Shown here piece by piece: positions 37,800 through 40,716 of a stretch of DNA of 40,716 nucleotides. The stretch comes from a virus (Duplodnaviria > Caudoviricetes). Position numbers and translations under genes: made by a program. Position 1 is the first letter of the stretch. The number at the start of each line of letters is the position of its first letter. The notes beneath the pieces were generated by a model, which searched no databases, was not told where the DNA came from, and was given only the letters and a program-made list of their open reading frames with translations. Where the stretch lies: IMG/VR virus record IMGVR_UViG_3300031841_002694, positions 1 to 40,716 of that record. One strand, 5' to 3'.

Positions 37800-37978
37800 T
37801 CGACTCCAAGCCCGTCATCGATATTCAACTTGAACCAATCGAGGTTGCGATCCGCAGAGAGCGCAACCGCGTTCAGGATATTGAATTTGAAACTGGCGTT
37901 ATGCCGTCCACTTGGCTGATCGAGTACATGGTCAGCGAACGTGGACGCGGCATAACGACATGGCCTATTAACCTTTAA
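37796..37978 (+). CDS. Hypothetical protein
   Basis: GGAGG RBS, ATGA coupling. Confidence 0.7.
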   Translation: MIDSKPVIDIQLEPIEVAIRRERNRVQDIEFETGVMPSTWLIEYMVSERGRGITTWPINL

Positions 37979-37987
37979 GGAATTAGC

Positions 37988-38158
37988 GTGGTATTAACAT
38001 CAAGAGAACGTCTGCAATTAACGCCGAAGAAAATAAAAACTGTTGGGAACTATCACTTTGAGGAAGAGCAGGATCGCAGGGCGTACTGCAAGTGTAAGGT
38101 ACACAACGGTGACTGGACTACGGGATGCCGCACTTGCGGCAGAAGGATACGCCCGTAA
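37988..38158 (+). CDS. 56-aa Zn-ribbon protein (absent from the ORF track)
   Basis: GTG after AAGGA; CKC...CRTC; fills the operon gap. Confidence 0.6.
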   Translation: MVLTSRERLQLTPKKIKTVGNYHFEEEQDRRAYCKCKVHNGDWTTGCRTCGRRIRP

Positions 38159-38197
38159 ATACAACTAAATGTGGTAACATCAACTAAAGGAGATGAT

Positions 38198-38356
38198 ATG
38201 AATAACATCAATTTTTGCCATAAGAAAGCTTGCGAAGACCGCGACAGACGCGCTGAGTTGAAGCGCGAGGTTATTGGGACACTGCAAGGTGTTGGTGTCT
38301 GCGTTTTTATACTGCTCATTCTGGGCATCGAAGATTGGATTGAATACATCGTATGA
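38198..38356 (+). CDS. Small membrane protein
   Basis: AAGGAG RBS; C-terminal hydrophobic helix. Confidence 0.65.
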   Translation: MNNINFCHKKACEDRDRRAELKREVIGTLQGVGVCVFILLILGIEDWIEYIV

Positions 38357-38634
38357 CGAAGAAGGTGGTGGATCTCAGGGCTGTGAAGCCGTCAGAACCG
38401 GAAAAGCCGAAGGGCATAGATCCGAACATGCTGATCACTATGGCTGAGTTCACCGCCATCATGGAAGCCTATGAAGCAAAAGCTTTTGCGGCTGTCGCTG
38501 TTAACAAAGACGGTCACGTTATAGACACTTGGTACACAGCGATGCCGCACTGCGCTCTCATAGGCGCAATGGACATGATGAAAAATGATTACCTAATGAA
38601 TCAGTGGATGGCTGATCAAGAAGAAGACGAATGA
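38353..38634 (+). CDS. Hypothetical protein
   Basis: ATGA coupling. Confidence 0.7.
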   Translation: MTKKVVDLRAVKPSEPEKPKGIDPNMLITMAEFTAIMEAYEAKAFAAVAVNKDGHVIDTWYTAMPHCALIGAMDMMKNDYLMNQWMADQEEDE

Positions 38635-38656
38635 ATTTTCTCCCCTAGCAATCCTT

Positions 38657-38678
38657 GCCGCCTTCGGGCGGCTTTTTT
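38657..38678 (+). terminator. Rho-independent terminator
   Basis: GCCGCC-TTCG-GGCGGC-T6. Confidence 0.9.
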
Positions 38679-38703
38679 GTGCGTGACCGTTTGAGCCTTT
38701 GCG

Positions 38704-38745
38704 GTCAACTATATGTGGTGAATACAACTGATAGTTGACTATAAT
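38704..38745 (+). promoter_or_regulatory. Promoter with tandem operators
   Basis: TATAAT at 38740-38745; exact operator at 38723-38739 and a degenerate one at 38704-38720. Confidence 0.65.
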
Positions 38746-38781
38746 ACAAACTCAAATAACGAAATAGTTAAGGGGGATTGC

Positions 38782-39351
38782 ATGACTAAGCTATATAAAA
38801 GAGATTGCTACAAGTGCCTTGGTACTGGCTTCTTGCCAGAGTACGCAGGTATCTTTAACGGCACTTGCTTCAAGTGCAACGGTCTAGGCTACCGTGCTGT
38901 TAAGACCGATCCTGCGATTTTAGATGCTCGTAACGCCAAGGCCGCTGAGAAGCGTGAAGCCAAGCGTGAAGCAGAGCGTCAGGCGTACATCAAGCGCAAT
39001 TTCTGGAAAAAGATCGCCAGTGGTATCCGTCAGGCAGTGTGGGCGGCAGAGCGTGAGATTGAAAAAGGTAATGCAGAAGCTATCGTAAACGGTAAGCAAA
39101 TCATCACTGGCGAAATCATCAGCACCAAGATGGTCAATGGCTTTGCATACGGTCAGCGCGTTCTGAAGATGGTCGTTAAGGACGACCGTGGCTTTAAGGT
39201 GTGGGGTACAGTGCCGCAAGCCATCATCGAAGCAAATGACGATCCGCTGAAAGGTCAGCGCGTCACATTCACCGCCACTGTCCAAGCGTCAAATGACGAT
39301 GACAAATTCGGCTTTTTTAAACGTCCAACCAAGGCCGCGATTGCGGCCTAA
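38782..39351 (+). CDS. Zn-finger (CxxCxGxG x2) + OB-fold-like protein
   Basis: CYKCLGTG...CFKCNGLG; C-terminal beta domain ending GFFKRPTK. Confidence 0.75.
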   Translation: MTKLYKRDCYKCLGTGFLPEYAGIFNGTCFKCNGLGYRAVKTDPAILDARNAKAAEKREAKREAERQAYIKRNFWKKIASGIRQAVWAAEREIEKGNAEAIVNGKQIITGEIISTKMVNGFAYGQRVLKMVVKDDRGFKVWGTVPQAIIEANDDPLKGQRVTFTATVQASNDDDKFGFFKRPTKAAIAA

Positions 39352-39587
39352 TACCTCAAAAGCATACCCCTCATAGCCGCATAGCATTAGTGCTTGCGGC
39401 TTTCATTTTTTATAATACCGCCTCTTATTTAACCTGATAGCCTTTGAGGATTTGTTGTGATTTTGTGGTGCGTGTACGTGGTGACAATGTTGGTGTTTAT
39501 CGCCGTGGATGATTCCCATCTGGGAAAATATTGGAACCGTGGGAAAAGTGATTAAGTTAGTGGATACTAACCTATGCGGCATCAACT

Positions 39588-39879
39588 CGCACAGGCAACC
39601 CCCCAAACGCACAGGGTCGCACAGGTGCATTTTTTTACCTTGTGCGAGTCTAGCCCCCGTGGTTACTGGGGCGCACAGGTAGAACAGGTTATTTCTCTTT
39701 TTTATTTAAATAGATAATAAAAGACTAATAAAGCCTATAAAGACTTTAAAAATTTCCCAACTGATTTTTTCCGTGTTTTACCTGTGCGCCTGTGCGGATC
39801 GCTGAAACCCACTGGTGACGTGGCCTAGGCTCGCACAGGGTAGAAATACGCACCTGTGCGCCCCTGTGCGTCCTGTGCG
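39588..39879. repeat. Mirror-symmetric CGCACAGG/CCTGTGCG iteron array around an AT-rich core, putative replication origin
   Basis: 10 exact and 2 degenerate octamers in both orientations flanking AT-rich 39690-39780. Confidence 0.7.
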
Positions 39880-39881
39880 GG

Positions 39882-40349
39882 CTATTTGTCGCTGAGAAGG
39901 GCTACGGTTATGAAGGGGAGGAGGGTGAGAACCACCAGTGCCGCACCGGATATTGCCAGTATGTTGATGATCATTTGCTTTCTGGCGGCTTTGGCTTTGG
40001 CCGCTTTGATCCTTGCATCTTTTATCGCTCTGCGTTCTCGAAGCATGGAAACGTAAAACTCTTCTCCCGCTGACCAGAGTATCAACTCCCGCAACTGAGA
40101 TTCAAATTCAGCAATCTGTTTTTTAGCCGCGACAATCTTCAAAGCTTCAGCCTCGACTGATCCCGATGCTAAAAATCCCGATCTGGTTTTGTTGGCGGCT
40201 TCAGCCGCAAGTATTTTGTCTCGACTGTCATAAAACGCCGCGACTCTATCTGTGAGATCCATAATGCTGTTACCCGCATTAACGGATTTGGTAATAAAAC
40301 TATGGGCTGTCTTGGCGGCACTAACCGCCATTGTAATTTCTGCAATCAA
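39882..40349 (-). CDS. Conserved phage coiled-coil protein with C-terminal TM helix
   Basis: TTG after GGAG; helical, hydrophobic C-terminus. Confidence 0.7.
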   Translation of the reverse strand: MIAEITMAVSAAKTAHSFITKSVNAGNSIMDLTDRVAAFYDSRDKILAAEAANKTRSGFLASGSVEAEALKIVAAKKQIAEFESQLRELILWSAGEEFYVSMLRERRAIKDARIKAAKAKAARKQMIINILAISGAALVVLTLLPFITVALLSDK

Positions 40350-40424
40350 TGGTCGGCTCCGATACGGTTGGCTTGTCTGCCAGAATAGGCAGTAGACCAT
40401 TATATCACCCCGATTTTTGTGTCT

Positions 40425-40486
40425 ACCCCGACACCCCGACACCCCGACACCCCGACAGCGACACCCCGACACCCCGACACCCCGAC
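40425..40486. repeat. ACCCCGAC tandem repeat (4+3 copies)
   Basis: Read directly; one AGCGAC interruption. Confidence 0.95.
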
Positions 40487-40509
40487 AGCCGCGAAGCTGC
40501 CGAAAATCC

Positions 40510-40625
40510 GCAGAGCGATGGCCGCCGCATAGCCGCAGAGCGATGGCCGCCGCATAGCCGCAGAGCGATAGCCGCCGCATAGCCGCAGAGCGATAGCCGC
40601 CGCATAGCCGCAGAGCGATAGCCGC
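40510..40625. repeat. 25-bp tandem repeat GCAGAGCGATRGCCGCCGCATAGCC (4.6 copies)
   Basis: Read directly; also present at 1-41. Confidence 0.95.
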
Positions 40626-40716
40626 AAAATGGCCGTATTTAAGCGTCTGGCGGGGTTTATCGGTCAGCTAGGGTCGGGTACGAAGGGCAAAAAAAAGCCC
40701 CCAAAGGGGGGCATAG
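40585..40716. repeat. Right copy of the 132-bp imperfect terminal direct repeat
   Basis: 129/132 identical to 1-132. Confidence 0.95.

Noticed and set aside
39403-39630. 75-aa minus-strand ORF
   Set aside because: Overlaps iterons, no convincing RBS or motif; probably non-coding.
40510-40625. CRISPR-like array
   Set aside because: Units are head-to-tail with no spacers and there is no cas operon.
40350-40627. ORFs through the terminal repeats, including the N-terminal extension of 39882-40580
   Set aside because: Translations of tandem repeats; a better start with an RBS lies at 40349.
1-40716. tRNA, rRNA or phage RNA polymerase genes
   Set aside because: None recognised by eye; tRNAscan-SE or Infernal would be needed to exclude RNA genes.

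Overview
Near-complete, probably whole, genome of a temperate podovirus-like phage (P22-type portal and ejection proteins, APSE-like replication genes). No host genes are present and attP is intact, so this is the free-phage form. Layout: leftward early genes (153-2100); packaging and head genes (terS, terL, portal, scaffold, capsid); two tail fibre + tip-protein pairs, with a glycosyltransferase/cupin/sulfotransferase cluster and the lysis genes between them; ejection proteins and an ADP-ribosyltransferase-like gene; attP and a tyrosine integrase that targets dusA (attP encodes a replacement DusA N-terminus); a leftward operon (DUF2800, SSB, PolA, VRR-NUC, SNF2 helicase, repressor, Xis); rightward Cro and primase-helicase; small early genes; a mirror-symmetric iteron origin; and GC-rich terminal repeats. 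The most striking signal is the Thr-rich tip protein at 10992-12191. Its two ~110-residue arms are complementary at a constant register (i+j=419): 22 of 24 positions pair an aromatic residue with a basic one. This predicts a long single-chain beta-hairpin stalk with an aromatic knob, and the gene sits directly upstream of candidate glycosylation and sulfation enzymes. All family assignments come from motif recognition, not database searches.
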